Source: Ramazzottius varieornatus
Lineage: Eukaryota > Animalia > Tardigrada
Reading direction: 5' to 3'
Assembly: GCA_001949185.1 (NCBI GenBank)
Contig: BDGG01000016.1
Span: 1-64,000 of the forward strand
Length of the DNA stretch: 64,000 bases
The first letter of the stretch is position 1. Every line of letters starts with the position of its first letter. Below, piece after piece: positions 1 through 13,400 of this stretch. Below the pieces are notes generated by a model. The model had not been told where the DNA came from and made no database searches. It saw only the letters and a list, made by a program, of their open reading frames with translations. The translations under genes were made by a program, and so were the position numbers.

Positions 1-773
1 GCCAGCCAGGCTGATCGTGAGCTATTGGAAGTCTTGACCACCGAGAAGGTCCTTCCCGAGGAGATTAGCGCCATCGACGAGATTGAACTGTTGCGATCAC
101 GCATCGTTCACCAGGAAGAAGAGCGGCCTACTCGGCAAGAGGAGCTCGACATTATCCACCGAAGCGCACCCAAGGACGATCTGTACAGCACCGTCACCAT
201 CGAACGCGAACTAGTCGGCCATCCTGAAGTGCAGGTGCCATTCGTACAGGAAGAGACTGTCATTACCGGTAAGCTCCCCATACATACCATCATACCGTCT
301 CTTTCCACTAGGTTGCCTCACTAACGCCCATCCTTACAGAAGAGCCAGTCCAACCGACAATCGTCCTACCACAAGCCCTTCGCGAGCCACTAGCCATCAT
401 TACCAGCGACAAGTTTACACCTGAGCTCATTAGCGCCATCACCGACCAGCAAGTCATTCGTACTAGCGAAGTGGAGATCCTTACCCGACCAGACGAGCCA
501 GTCGACATTGTACACCGTGTCACTCCCAAAGACGATGCCTTCGCCACTAAAGAGCTACTGGTCCCTACTCCATCACTGCCCGGCGCCGTGGAAGAAGAGA
601 CTATTATCCTGGAGGAAACTATCCACCAACGACGACCAGCGCCTGCTGTCGACACTTTCGACACGGAAACTGCGCCTACCAGGGTGACAGGCGACCTGGT
701 GCCGGCCATCAGCTCTACTCCTGCCAGCCAGGCTGATCGTGAGCTATTGGAAGTCTTGACCACCGAGAAGGTC
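1..773 (+). repeat. Intragenic direct repeat: 1-51 identical to 723-773
   Basis: gccagccaggctgatcgtgagctattggaagtcttgaccaccgagaaggtc occurs at both positions (ASQADRELLEVLTTEKV), indicating recent internal duplication within the coding repeat array. Confidence 0.9.
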
Positions 774-3700
774 TTTCCCGACATGCGCCACAGATTTACT
801 CCGAAAGACGACATTTTAATTACTATATTATCACACACTGCGTTTTCCGATCAGACCTCAGCATCATTCGAACAAGTTTTTGTGGACGAAGTTCTTGGTC
901 TGCACGCTGGAATGGAGAGCACAGTTATTGAACCAAAGGCCGACGAATCGACGGGAACTCTATGGGGAACCACCAAAATATCGGACCCCATTCACCGGTC
1001 TACCCCAAAGGATGACCACTTCACAACGGAACACGCTATCAGAAGGTCTGACACGCAAATCATTTCTAACGTGCAGATGGAAAACAGGACAACACCGAGA
1101 ACCTTCGATGACAGCGTAACCGCTCTGATAAATCTCTCAGAATTGGAAACAGCGGACTTCGGCACCAGCTGGCGCGAACGCAACCGTGAAAGCGAAAAGA
1201 GTCAAGAAAAGACATGCGTCGATCGGACAGAGTTCTCCGCCAGCAGCGACGACCACATAGAGCGGGATTTCGAAACTGGCAGTTACAGACTTCTGATAAG
1301 AGAAAAATTTGATGTGTTTTCTCGAGGCTCCTCTGCGCGATTTTCTGCCGAATTTATACCTGCAGAATTTGACACTGGCAGGACGAACCAGCAAGCCCAT
1401 CGATCCACCATTATGCCTACTGACTCGGAGGAGATAGCCAACTTCACGGCACTTGACATCCGCAGACCATCGAATCGAGCCGAGGATTCCGTTCTTTCAG
1501 ATGATCAACGCTTCACAGAACTTTCATCCCTGCTTTCAACTGGACGGGAAGAGCTGCTGGGTGTATTTGGTGAACAAACGGGTCAGGAAAGACGAGGAGT
1601 GGAGTGGTACACGGAAGACCTACCATCGGAAAACGCCCAACCTCGATCTTTCGAACGCATTCGCCATAGGTCAACTCCTAAAGACGACACATTCATCCGG
1701 TCTGTAACTAACCTTCCAAGATCTCCCCTGTATCCATCGGTAGGGTTTCATCAGTCGTACATGGATGACAATCACCCAGAACAATCAATGCGAAGCTTAC
1801 CACTGGAAAGAATCGCTAGAGCTGAACAGTTCGAAGCTATAGCTGGACTTCCCCGCCAACGAGTCGACTTTATCCACGCCGATGTCAGAGGAAACTTTAT
1901 CCCCGTAGAAGCCGAAGAAGTGGCTCGTACAGTGATCGAACGGGAGAAAATACCCGGTTTGATCCATCGTGCTTCTTCCAAAGACGAGTACGTCCTCACA
2001 CGACAAGAAGCATCCACATCGACCCTAATCTCCTCTTCCGACTATACTCTCAGCGAACAGCCAGCTTTGGTGCGACCGGCAGGCGTGATCCCTCGGATAG
2101 CTACACGGGAAAGTTTCGAGATCATTGCGAAAGATCAAGCGCCCAGCATATCAGTCGAGTTCATACCTGCGGTGTTACCAGCTGAGCCAGTCCAAGAGAC
2201 ACCTCGAGCCACTCTCATGACTCTGGAGCTTGATGATGCAGCCGAAATCCAAACCTCCAGTATTTTCAGACCGTCAAATCGCGACGAAAACGTGAGTCCG
2301 TCTGGTGACCTCCGTGTACTTGGAGCTGCATTCCTTCCGACCCAACCAGGAAGAGACGGAGACAACCTGTGGAATAACAGCCAAAGTTGGACAACCCAGA
2401 TAAAAACGGAAGACGTTCTGTCAGAGAACGCCGAAGCACGATCCTACAATCGCATTCGTCATCGATGTTCACCGAAGGATGACATCTACACCACCGAAAC
2501 CTTCGTGATCCCCACTGAAGCAGCAGAGAGACTGCGCAGAGACCCGTCAGTCTTCCAGACATTACGCTCGGAAACACCAATCTTCACATTGCCAGCAGGA
2601 AACCAGACATATCACTTGCCAGCAGGCAGAAGTACGACGTCGGGTGCTCCCGGTGAGAGTAGCTTGAGCGGGGAGATGTGGAGAAGGACGGAGTTTGGAG
2701 ACAACGTAACTTCCCGTGAGGCGTCCGCGTTGCCTTTCCTCCACCGGGTTGGCCCAAGAGACGACTGGTTTCAGCTGGAGACTGCTGGTCAGCCTCGTCG
2801 AGAATCCCATTCCATCGGTATGTCCAAAAACATTCTTCTTACCTAAGCATCGATATCAACCGACGAGGATCTGTGGAAAGATAATTGATTGTCAGACTAT
2901 GAACATGAGCTCAAATGAAATTAAAAATTCGAGAAAATAGGTACAGTATATGCCAGATCAATAAGATGGCAAAACTCACCATGAAATTTATCTTGCTTGG
3001 AATAGTGTTGATTGAATGAATGGCTGATACTTGGATGAACCGCGAAAACTGGTTCCATTTTAATTGCAGTCAGCTGACTCGATTCAAAAATCAAAACTGA
3101 GAATAGCAATTTCCATCTCGTTCTGGATATCTACCATTTTTGATTTCTCTTGCAGATGTCACACGCCGAGCTTCCACAGCTGCTCCTTCTGCGACCGAAA
3201 GTAGCCACACAAACTACGTCAGGAGAGAAAGTCGTGCTGTCGCAGAGATTGTTATCCAGGACTTTTCCTCCACCCCGGCCCCTCACAAAATCCTCCATCG
3301 TGTTGGACCAAAGGACTTCAACTTTGAGACATACTACGCGGTCGTCAGCAAGGAAGATGCCGATCGATTACTGGGAACTACCACTCCCATACCCGCATCC
3401 TCCGTTTTGGCCGAATTCAAGTAATTTTCCGCTAGATTGTTGCGCTCTCCTTTGTGTAAGTCTTTGATGTCATAGGCTGAGCGATATTCTGACCGGAAGT
3501 GACGCCCAAAGCACCACCAGCAGCTCTCGGTTTGCCGACCTGAATCTGCCGCCAGCTTCACCTGTTCCTCAGCACCGCGCCACCAAGTTCTTAGCCGTCG
3601 AGGAGGACGAAGCTGAAGTGGTGGCTGCCGATGTAGGCAAGGATGGCGGACCAGTCACACCGCGAGTACTGTCCCGCGCACCCAGCCGCTCTTCCATGTC

Positions 3701-5735
3701 ATCCCCACCACCCAGCCGAATCTCCCTCGTTGCCCAAAGCTCACTGACAGAAAGAACGGTGTCTTACTCCCAGGTGTCGGAGTATCTGGAAAGCCAAACA
3801 ACCACCATCAACCGCTGGCTGACTACAACGTCCCAATCATTCGAGCACGGGCCGGAAGCCGAAGAAGTACAGACCATCATCTCGCGCAGCTACTCGCCGG
3901 CCACGGTGTTACAGTTGGAACCATCAGTTTCATCATGTGGAGAAGAAAACACCCCAGCCAAGGTACAGGTCTCTCTTGCACAAAATCTCGCAAATATAGT
4001 ACGTAATTTTGTTTGTTTCTGCAGGCGGTCACCGGTGTGCAAAGGGCAGTGGTGCAAGTTGAAGTAGCGGAGGAAGCTATCTGTTTTATCGTCGAGCGAC
4101 CTGCAGAGTTTGCCCATGGAAGAAGGGCGTCACCGCCACTTGAGATGCCGGCTCAGTTATCAGCCGCAGTAGAGCTCAAGTCAACAGAGACCCGAACAAC
4201 GACGCGTACCACCACCAGCACCACGTACGAAGAGCATTCCTGCCTGGTAGCCTACCGATATCTCTACGATATCACCATGTCCAAGTTACGCTCTCTCAGC
4301 TTACTGGTTGTCAATCCCGAGTGCCAACATATCGATCCAGATATACTCGAACGCGAGCGCGAACGTTTTGCCGTAAGTAACCATCTCGCATCGTGCTGTA
4401 ATGCTTCATGAACTTCGCGAAGTGACGTCATAGTTCGCGTAGGGTTTACGGGTATGATGACGCATACACCACACGCTCACAATGACGTAATTCGTGAAAT
4501 TCATGAAGCACTACAGTACGAGACGACTACAAATGAATTCACCAAGATCGTTTTCTTAAGTGGCGCACAAACCCAGCCACAAACAATGTAGACGTGTGCC
4601 ACTTGGGATAATGGTCTAGGCGGAGCCATTTACCGACGTCCAAATCAACTTGCTGCTGGCATTTTCATTGCAAGAATGTATCTTTTGCAGTCCCTTCTGG
4701 ATCGATTGATTCGCACCAACACGGAATTGGGCAGATTGGACAACCTGTACCGCGCCATCTTGGCCATGGAGCCAGACCTGGACATGGACGCCTTGGAAGC
4801 CGAGCACAACCATCTCAACGTTCTGTACATGGAGCTCTTGGCTTACATCCGCATCATTCTCCGACGACAAAAGTACCTAAGCCGACTCCTGGATAGCTAT
4901 CAGAAGGAGAAGATGGAATTTAAGATGCATTTGCTGGACACACTTACCTACCTGCGTACCACCGATAACGTCTCAGAGGTACATATGCAATAAACGCCCT
5001 CTATTGTTCGCGCCTGTTTCGTCAGATCAACCGTCTTGTGTCCATTGTAGGAAGAACAACACGAGCGATTGGCCTTCATGGTCACCGAAGCCGCCAAGCT
5101 CAAGTACACAACGTACCAGATCATGGTTCGCTCTACGCCCGATTTTTGCGACAAGCTAGAAAGCGAAGTCCTGGAATCGATGCTCATTCTACGAGCGGAA
5201 ATTGCCAGTCAAGCATCCATGGAAAATGTGAGATTTTTCGACAAATTTGCAGCCTTTCGACATAACTTTGGGAGATTCAGACAATGAATACTGCTTCTGA
5301 ATTACAGGAAAGCATGATCGAGCAAATTATGCGAGGTCGCGAAGTAAGGTACGTGACGGAAGAGACTACAGTGACGACGTACGAAGAAGGACAAACGGAA
5401 GAGGAAGCGGAAGAGAACAGCAGGACGATAACCACTCGAAGACAAATCACCGTTGCTCCTGTCCAAACTCAGTACGTCCTTCCCTCCGTTCGGCGTCGTC
5501 AGATCGGAATGTGTATTATACTGTGTACTGAATTTTCTGTTTCTCGTTTAGTCGTGGACGAACCATTATGCGAGCCGTTCATCGGGCGTTGCCCATGCAG
5601 ACGCTGACTCTCGTACTAATTGGCTTTGCATCGTTGATTCCCATGGCAAACGATGATTACGCTTGTCTCTTCGAGAACTATTTTGCCTCATCGTTCAACC
5701 CCATGCTCAGCTTCCAAGGAACTCCGCCGTTCTAG
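1..5735 (+). CDS. 3' part of a giant KASH-domain (nesprin/Msp300/ANC-1-like) nuclear envelope protein; 5' end outside window
   Basis: Spliced last exon reads RAVHRALPMQTLTLVLIGFASLIPMANDDYACLFENYFASSFNPMLSFQGTPPF* (TM + KASH peptide, TAG 5733-5735). It is preceded by helical spectrin-like exons (4690-5290) and a very long low-complexity exon (~312-2817) with repeated HRxxPKDD motifs. GT-AG introns, e.g. ~2818-3155 and 4373-4689. Confidence 0.88.
4391..4521. repeat. Imperfect long inverted repeat (hairpin) in an intron of the KASH gene
   Basis: Arm 4391-4431 matches the reverse complement of 4482-4521 at about 35/41 positions; the inner segment is also partly self-complementary. Confidence 0.8.
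4520..4640. mobile_element. Palindromic MITE copy (single core)
   Basis: aagtggcgcac-N25-gtgtgccactt core flanked by agatcg...ggtct and degenerate termini; intronic. Confidence 0.7.
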
Positions 5736-6652
5736 TATCACCATCATCGAACGAAAAAGAAGCTCAGTCTTTATGACGATATGTTCATGACTCAAGATTT
5801 AGCTCAGCGATGTTGGACGATGCAGCAAAAGAATTTCAAATGTGTCCGAAGTTAGGAGAGCTTTCAATGTGCCCAGTGATGGATTCTGTGATGAGGATGA
5901 AAATAAACATATTAAACACCTTCCCGAATTTTGCCTTTTGTTGCCAAAGCCGAGTTATCCAAGTAATCATTTCAACTTTGATTTTGAACGTTTACCATTC
6001 CTATGTTGTATATTCGCCTGATACCTATAATTATTTTACGGGTTTGCCGGTTGCCACCATACGTGTAATGACTGTAAATAAAAGTAATATTGATAATCAT
6101 CCCTTGTTCAATTGGCTTCCACAACGCCACCTATATAGTGGAGTAGATCGAAAAAAGCGAAGGGCCCTTTCGACCGACGTACACTGGTACCGTACATGTA
6201 TTCACCCAGACTGACTGTGTATTGTGCTCATCCGTTTAGGAAACAGTTCAAGGTCTGGGAGAAAGTTTACGCCAAAACCTGATGAGCGAAGAGGAAGTTC
6301 TTTGGAGCTTCGGACTAAGGGCCGCCTAAAAAACTGAGCTCTTCAGCGAATTTGTTACATAGTATCTTGTCTTTACCACCGTAATCGTGCAAAGTTGTTA
6401 CTTCTGAGCTACTATCCAAGCAGCTTGACGACATGGGGTTTCCACAGCAGGAGCAAGCAGATACAACATAGTCAATATTCGTGTGAAAAGAAATTGTTCA
6501 TCAGCTGTGCGTGTATCAATAAGGGAAACAATGCATACTAGTTCGTCTAATGTCAATTGCCAATAACAAACTGTAGCTGTTGTATGTTATGCGGTGCTAA
6601 ACATTTTTCAATCTCGAGGTCATGAATGACGAGCAAGATACGAAGAGGGAAG

Positions 6653-9600
6653 TCATAAATATTGGAGATGTGTGGATGAGGACTTCTTACGACACAGGGT
6701 GGGACTGAGATGATTGGGCGTCCAGCTGCTGTTGGACGTGTGTGCTCTCAGGGATGAGTGGCTTTTGGTGCGGTGGATTATGCAATGGCACGTGCGGTGC
6801 ACTTGTCGGCGAAACTTCCGTGAGACCAAGTACTATAATCACAAAGAATACATGATTTAGAGATACCCTCCCCACCGAGATAAGAACAATAATAGAATCA
6901 CAGTTTAAGGAGCAGTTCTTCCCGGGGCACCAGTTGGCATATTGCGTTACTCAACAGGTTGCTCATGTCCCACCATAAATTCAAAACAATTAACTCGTGA
7001 TTTGCCCTTTTACCAACGTTCATCATAGTGTCTGAATGGGCGGTACTTTTTACATATGTCCGTGAGAAGTTTGACAACTGGGACGTCAGCATATGAATCT
7101 AGCCAGATCCCCCTTCGGGTGGCGCACATTGTCAGCTAAGAATATTGAAAACGTGCGCCAATTGAGACAACGATCTTGTTCAACTTAGTTCATTTGCCGA
7201 TATCGCATCTATACTGTGATACTAATGTTATAATGATGTAAGCTCGCAGAAAATGCTGAAGAAAAGGAGGAGAGTCTGCATCTTTCGTGCCCGGTATGTA
7301 TCGTACGTCAGTTAAAAATTCCAAAGGAGAAAAGGCTCGACAATCAAAAGAGATTGCGTCTTCTGGCGTCTCAATTAGAGTACTGATGCTCAAGCGTTAA
7401 ATACTCAGGATATCCCTCATTCTACTTCCGCGTCGTCTCCGTAAGAACCTCGCGGCTCTTCAACGATCTATATGGAATAGATCGTGGGTAGGGACACCGG
7501 AAAAGGCGAGTTCTTACCTAATCTGACTGACATTAACCTTGATTTCCCCAAGTGAGCCACACGAAACTTTTGTATGATGTAAGTTATTTTTCAAGTTGTG
7601 TAAGAATTGCATAAGACAAAATTGCGCATATGCCTTTCTTTGCCTTCAGTACTCGTACATCTTGTGCTTTACTTTATGGCTGATCAAGTAAACTAAACCA
7701 GCTGCAGTGCAGTGCACTCACCAGGAAGAAGGTTATGGCATGGCTGGTGAGTGTCAGCGTGTTGTTGACGGCTAGTTGAATGGTGTAAGCGTTACTGTGC
7801 GTGTAAGCCAGACCGAATAAGCGCTGGGCAATGGGTTCCGCGGAAAAAGGGGATAGAAGATGGCAGAAAACGGAGGCAATGACGAGCATAATCAACAGTT
7901 GCGTCACGTCGTCCCCTTCCCGTCTCTTTCGCTGACGAACTTCGGCCCGAATTAAATTCTTTCGCTGGAGCTTGGACAGACGAAGGATCCTAATGAGGAT
8001 AATGTTGACCGTCGCTACAAGAAAGGTCACATCTGGTCCAACCCTTCATTAGACTTCCTTGACGTTTGTCCGGGAAACTACAGTCATCACGTAATACCGC
8101 CCTATCAAAACGGTGTACATCCTCTACGGCAATACCTATTGTCGGCCCTTTTTCCTTACAGGCTTCGGGCTCCATAGCGAAAATAGACATAATGCTATAA
8201 TACTCCTGTAATCAAGCCGTATCGGATGGGATGGTACCGCGGACCGGAAGTATTACGCTGACGAGCATCTTCAGCCTTAGGGTTCCCAGATGGTGCAGCG
8301 TACTTACTAAGCACAAAGAGTTCGCCAAAGTGGATGGCAGATAGAGCGATCAAGAAGCTTTCCTTCACTTCATTATAGAGTGGTGTTGCTGTCAGCATGT
8401 AGTGGATGTGTGGAGCGTGTGACTGTGAGTGGTTCTTCGTGGAATGTATGGGCAGGTTGAGAGAAGTTTCAGATGCTCTACCGACGTGGGTCCCTCGTGA
8501 AGATCGTTGACTGAATGTGGTACTTGGTGCCGGGTTCTCTAAAACAGCACTAGTTTAATGATAGTTGTGTGGGACTTGATCGGTGGTTCTGAGTTCACCC
8601 TGTATTTAAGAGCTCGGCAAACGAACTCGATCGGATTGTTTTCAAGTGACGCACGTTGCCGGCTGTTATGACGGAGAACGTGCGCCACTTGAGAATATGA
8701 TCTGATCGAGACTGTTTTCCTAAGTGGAGCACGTTTCCTGCAAATCCCACTGAAAACGTGCGCCACTTTGAGAAAAGATCTGCACGATACTCGTGCAGAT
8801 CATTTCACTCGTTTGCCGCGCTTCTGATTGTTTGCACGTTACGTGGACAACCCTACCCGTGGCGCTAAGGAGTGGAAAAGGCGGAGTAATGGCCAGCGGC
8901 GCGTCCTCAGTACGGGTGGAAGTTTGGTTATCTAGGAGAAGCTTCGTAACAGTCTCCGTAACCTCTGGATATGGTGTGACTTCTTCGATGCGGTAGAAAA
9001 AGAAGCGTATGGAATTGACGATGGCACAGCAAACGACAATCAGGGTCACAAGTTGTTTTGCTAATTTGCGCGATCGGCGGATGTTCACTCGTAAGCAGAG
9101 GTAACCGTCGTGGGCACTACGCATTTGTAATATACAGAAGACGCGGTGCACAGCCATACACATGGTGATGAAGAGATTAGACATCTGGGCGAAATTAGCC
9201 ACCGGTAGGTAGACGAAACCCTACAAGGAGCAAAGGGATGACCTTAGAACTACGAGCAGGGAGGCTTACATTCATACACATAAGTGGAATCGGAAACCCA
9301 CCTCGAAAACTCGACCTAGATATCGCTGGATCGGACTTGAATGGTAGCAATCACCACAGCGCACAAAGCCCATTCCCAGGAGGAATACGCAGATTGTCAG
9401 ATCCAGCACGGCCAATGCACGAATATACACTATAGATCGAGCAGAACATTCCATTACGCAAAAACTACATGCACATAATCGGTCGTATCAGCTTTGCCAC
9501 CTGTAATCACTGTATCGTCCCTTCACCTACCAAAAGCAGTCTCCTTGCTTCCGCGTCGGCGAGCCAGAACGACCAAGATGGTGATGTTCCCGAATATTCC

Positions 9601-9672
9601 GATGAAACAGATGATCCTCATAACATAGGTGTACAAGACCACTTCCAAGTACTTCCGCGTATCGTCTTCCAT
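6653..9672 (-). CDS. Rhodopsin-class (class A) peptide-type orphan GPCR, FMRFamide-receptor-like
   Basis: Spliced: MEDDTRKYLE...IGIFGNITILVVL (TM1 GN), IRALAVLDL (TM2 LAxxD), MAVHRVFCI (TM3), TM5-TM7 in 7722-8030, and last exon 6832-6653 YLVSRKFRRQV (TM7/helix 8). In-frame stop just upstream of the ATG at 9672. Confidence 0.85.
7080..7206. mobile_element. Palindromic MITE copy (single core)
   Basis: gggacgtcagca...ggtggcgcac-N25-gtgcgcca...tttgccgatatcgc; in GPCR intron. Confidence 0.75.
8608..8825. mobile_element. Palindromic MITE copy (double core)
   Basis: Two cores (near 8644 and 8722), each with a 25-nt spacer; termini agagctcggcaaac...gtttgccgcgcttc; in GPCR intron. Confidence 0.75.
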
Positions 9673-10469
9673 GATCTTGGATGTCAGTGCCACGGCTCAA
9701 ACCAACTAGCTGGGCCACCACCGATCCCAACCGCCTAAAGAATTAGCAGTATAATATGGGGATCTATGAGCCGTTCTGCGAAAAAAGGATCTTGTTGATT
9801 CTATCTTCTGATTAAGAAACAGACGATTGATATGACCGGGGCAGTTAATCAGAACGAAAGTATGGAAGGAAACGAAGGATGTCCTGCCGGTCGAAAGAAC
9901 TGACTATTATATGGGCTTACGCAGGTCTACGGTGCATATAGTGCTGTCGTACGTTGTTGAACGAATACGGGTTTGATACTCCCATACACTGCAAGCCTTG
10001 ATTTTGCGTAAGTCCTTCCACTGTCGCAACTCCTTGCTGTACCGCTAATTCAGACAACACTCAGTGTAGTTCCATATATATGGACCTTTCTTCCCTGTAC
10101 CTCAACTATCTCTGCTCTTCCAGGAGGAAGTACTACATGCGACAGATGTACATAGAGGATGGATGGATGAGGTTTCTGGTAGGCGGCGCCACTAATTTTG
10201 TCCGACCATCGACTGTCAGGTTTAGGAGTATTTCCAAATGTGTCCCGCCATGTCAAACCTAACCGGTAAAAGCCGCTTCCTGTTATTTTGTTGTGGCCAC
10301 ATCAATTCAGTACAGTCTGCACGTTCCGTAAATAAACCAAAAACAGCAGAAATGACTCATGGTAAACCGCTTTCTGATCCCGACTCGCGAAGCACACTGT
10401 AGTTTCTTTCAAAAGTACCGCAGTCCGAACTGTTTTGGCTCTTTCAGCAGTTACCAGTTTGACAGAAGA

Positions 10470-13400
10470 ATGTACTTTTTGGTGATTGTTTTCGTCCTGA
10501 AGATTTCCATCAGACACGTTAGCACTCAACGACCTGCCACCAATGGAATCAGCGACAATAAGATCGTCAATATATGTGTGATGATTGGGAATATTCAAGC
10601 TGGTCAAGTTGCGTACGAACGGTTCGCCGCCATTATTGATATTGGAATAAAGCACGCTAATGATCTACGTCTACCCGCTAATATCACCTTACGCAAGCAC
10701 CACGTGCCGGAACGCCCCAGGAGCTCAGGTTCGTCACTCGCTAAATAGTCGCTGCCTTATGATGTCTGACGACTTTCCTAATGACGAACTTACCCGACAT
10801 CAAACGACCTTCCTTACTTCCTTGATCACACTGTAGGTCCCTGTATCTCGAGTTGCGCTGCAGTGCGGGCCCTGGATATGCTGCAATCTGGGACACGTTG
10901 CCACGTCTTTCTTGGCCCTGGTAAGGCTCCTCTATTAAGTTCGTGCGTACACGGAACGGACCTTAGCTGCCTCTTTTACGAAACACGTGACAGTAAATCG
11001 GACGTGGGCAAGCGAAGTGCATCAGATCGTTTTCGCAAGTGGCGCATACCATCAGTCACCAACTATGAGAACGTGCGCCACTTGTGCTAACCGCTATTTC
11101 GAGTGGCGCGCGCTCTCGTTGTTGTTGGCTGCAAGTGTGCGCCACTTGAAAAACATGTGATGTAGATCATTCACCTCGTCCCAAATGACCCACTTGAGTA
11201 AACTGATCAAGTCTTCTGTAAATTTAGATACTCCGAATGGCGTCAACAATATCCAGGGTGTGGCATATGCCAACAATATCCCCATTCTAACTCCGGCCGA
11301 ATACGGCATCGTGCACCGCGAAGAGGCCAACCTGATCATTTTGCCTTTCTTCCACGTCACTGATCTGACAAATGTCCTGATGAAATTCCTGCGATGGCGT
11401 AATTACACTTACGTGGCTCTGGTCCAGGACCAGTCCGACGCATTGTTCGACGCATTCGGCGAAGAGTTCCTCGATTTATATGCTAAATACTTTGGCAACA
11501 CCAGCGACTACACACGGATCACGCCCATACAGTTTCGACGCTATGTTACCACCGATGACGAACTCAGGGCTTCACTAAGCTATGCTAGAACCAGAGCTCG
11601 CGGTAGGTTGTTCCTTCTGTCGCACAACCAGAACCGTTTTCAGTCACTGACCAGAACCGATTTTGCAGTTTTTGTCGTCTTTGCCTTCTTCGAGCAGTTC
11701 AAGCACATGTTGGTACGTTCTCCCTTCACCTCAAAAAAACGAAGTCCCAAAACGCAGTCACAATCTAACGGATAAGTCGCTACTACACCTGTTTGCAGCT
11801 CTTGGCGGAACAGCTTGATATGACCACTAATGAATTTGTAAGCTCGAATTTGTAAATTTGCCTACGAGTACGCCTGTGCTGCCTTGTGCATTCGAAATAT
11901 TGTCCTGGTTCTTCCAGCAATACATCACAATTCATCCATATGACGATCTATTCTACGGGTCAACTGACCTGAGTCTTGACAGACACCAAGCCGATCAGGT
12001 ACTTCATGCTTATGCTGTTATTGGTTATCCAAATGATGAACTGCTGTTTGTTTTCTCATGTTAGCAACTGCGCCTTCTGCGAGTTCTGCAAGGCAGTGTT
12101 GGCATGTTTTCCATCAAACTATCACGTTCAGCATTATCCTCAGACTTTCAAGACTTAGTAAAGCTAAGAGCTCGACAGGATTACAATTATTCATTTCCGG
12201 CCACTGAAAGGGTACGTGCCACTTCGGCTCCGATGTTGTGAAATGCCATGCGTTACCATACAGTCACTAAGAATTTGAGTGGCGCACCCAAGGTCTCTCG
12301 TTAGATCGATCCTTTGGTTACCACCCATTACGATTTCGTCATGGTTCTGGCCACGGCCATAGAGGCACTTCATCAGAAGGGGTTGGATTATCACGATGGC
12401 ACCCTGTTGGCGAAACACATGCGGAACATAACTTATCATGGAGTGCAAACTGGATCGGTCCGCATCGACGCCAACGGTAACTTGATATTTTCAACTAAAG
12501 TATCCACGAAATGTTCATTTCCTCGTTCTTCTGCACACAGGAAACTCCCATCTTTCATATGAAATATTGGGCATGGCAACTGGCGCCACCGACTTTTCCG
12601 TAAGTCTGCAGTTACGCGACTGCGTATGCACAGTTGAACCGGAAGCAATAAATAATTAACACCAGCGCGTTCAAAAGATCCAGGTACTTTTTCACTTATT
12701 TTAGCCAATGTGGGAATATGATGTGCAGACGGACGTATTCGTCCCAGTGCGAGAGCTCACTGGTCCGCCTCCAAGCGACGTACCGCTGTGCGGCTTCACC
12801 GGAAACGAACTGATATGCCAGCAAGATCACCGTAAGTGATCCCTTACTCGCCACGATTACTGCCCCGGATCGGATACTCGCATGCCCATCGACTTGCAGG
12901 AGTACCGGTGTCTGTCATCGTCGTCGCAGTTCTCCTGTCATTGCTGCTGATAGCTGGTGCGGTCGGCTGGATTTTCTACTCTACGGTCAGGTATGAAGAC
13001 CTCGACGAGCATGTCGTCCCAGTAGTCACCATTATGTTAGTAGCTGGCCGTCTTTTGCAGAAAACTCAGGATACAGTTGAAACCCGACTGGTGGAAGATT
13101 ACTCTTACCGAGATACAGTTCACTCATCAGCGGACCAGAACTTTTAATGGCGTCCACAGCCGCAGCATCGCCAGCTTCACTTCCGTAAGTATAACCGTTC
13201 CTCGGTAATTTTACCTAAATTTTAAAAACCGTCTGGCCGTCCGGCACCTTTCCCTTCATGCCCGCATTGCTGCAGAGTGCTTCTTCTGAGCTTCCTCCAC
13301 CACACTTTCACGGACGAGCTTTTTCTACCGCACGCTACATGGAAAGCGACGTCTTGATTCATCATGTCAGTGAGGAATCTAAAGTCAAAGCCACATCATC

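Noticed and set aside
6687-6875. ORF resembling a small secreted peptide (MGRVSLNHVFF...)
   Set aside because: GTG start and wrong frame; the overlapping frame is the GPCR last exon (YLVSRKFRR).
10050-10262. Overlapping short ORFs between the GPCR and cyclase
   Set aside because: No homology or splice support; probably 5' UTR/promoter sequence.
12170-12310. Further degenerate MITE-like half-sites (also ~17305, ~57197)
   Set aside because: Too decayed to delimit; not counted as copies.
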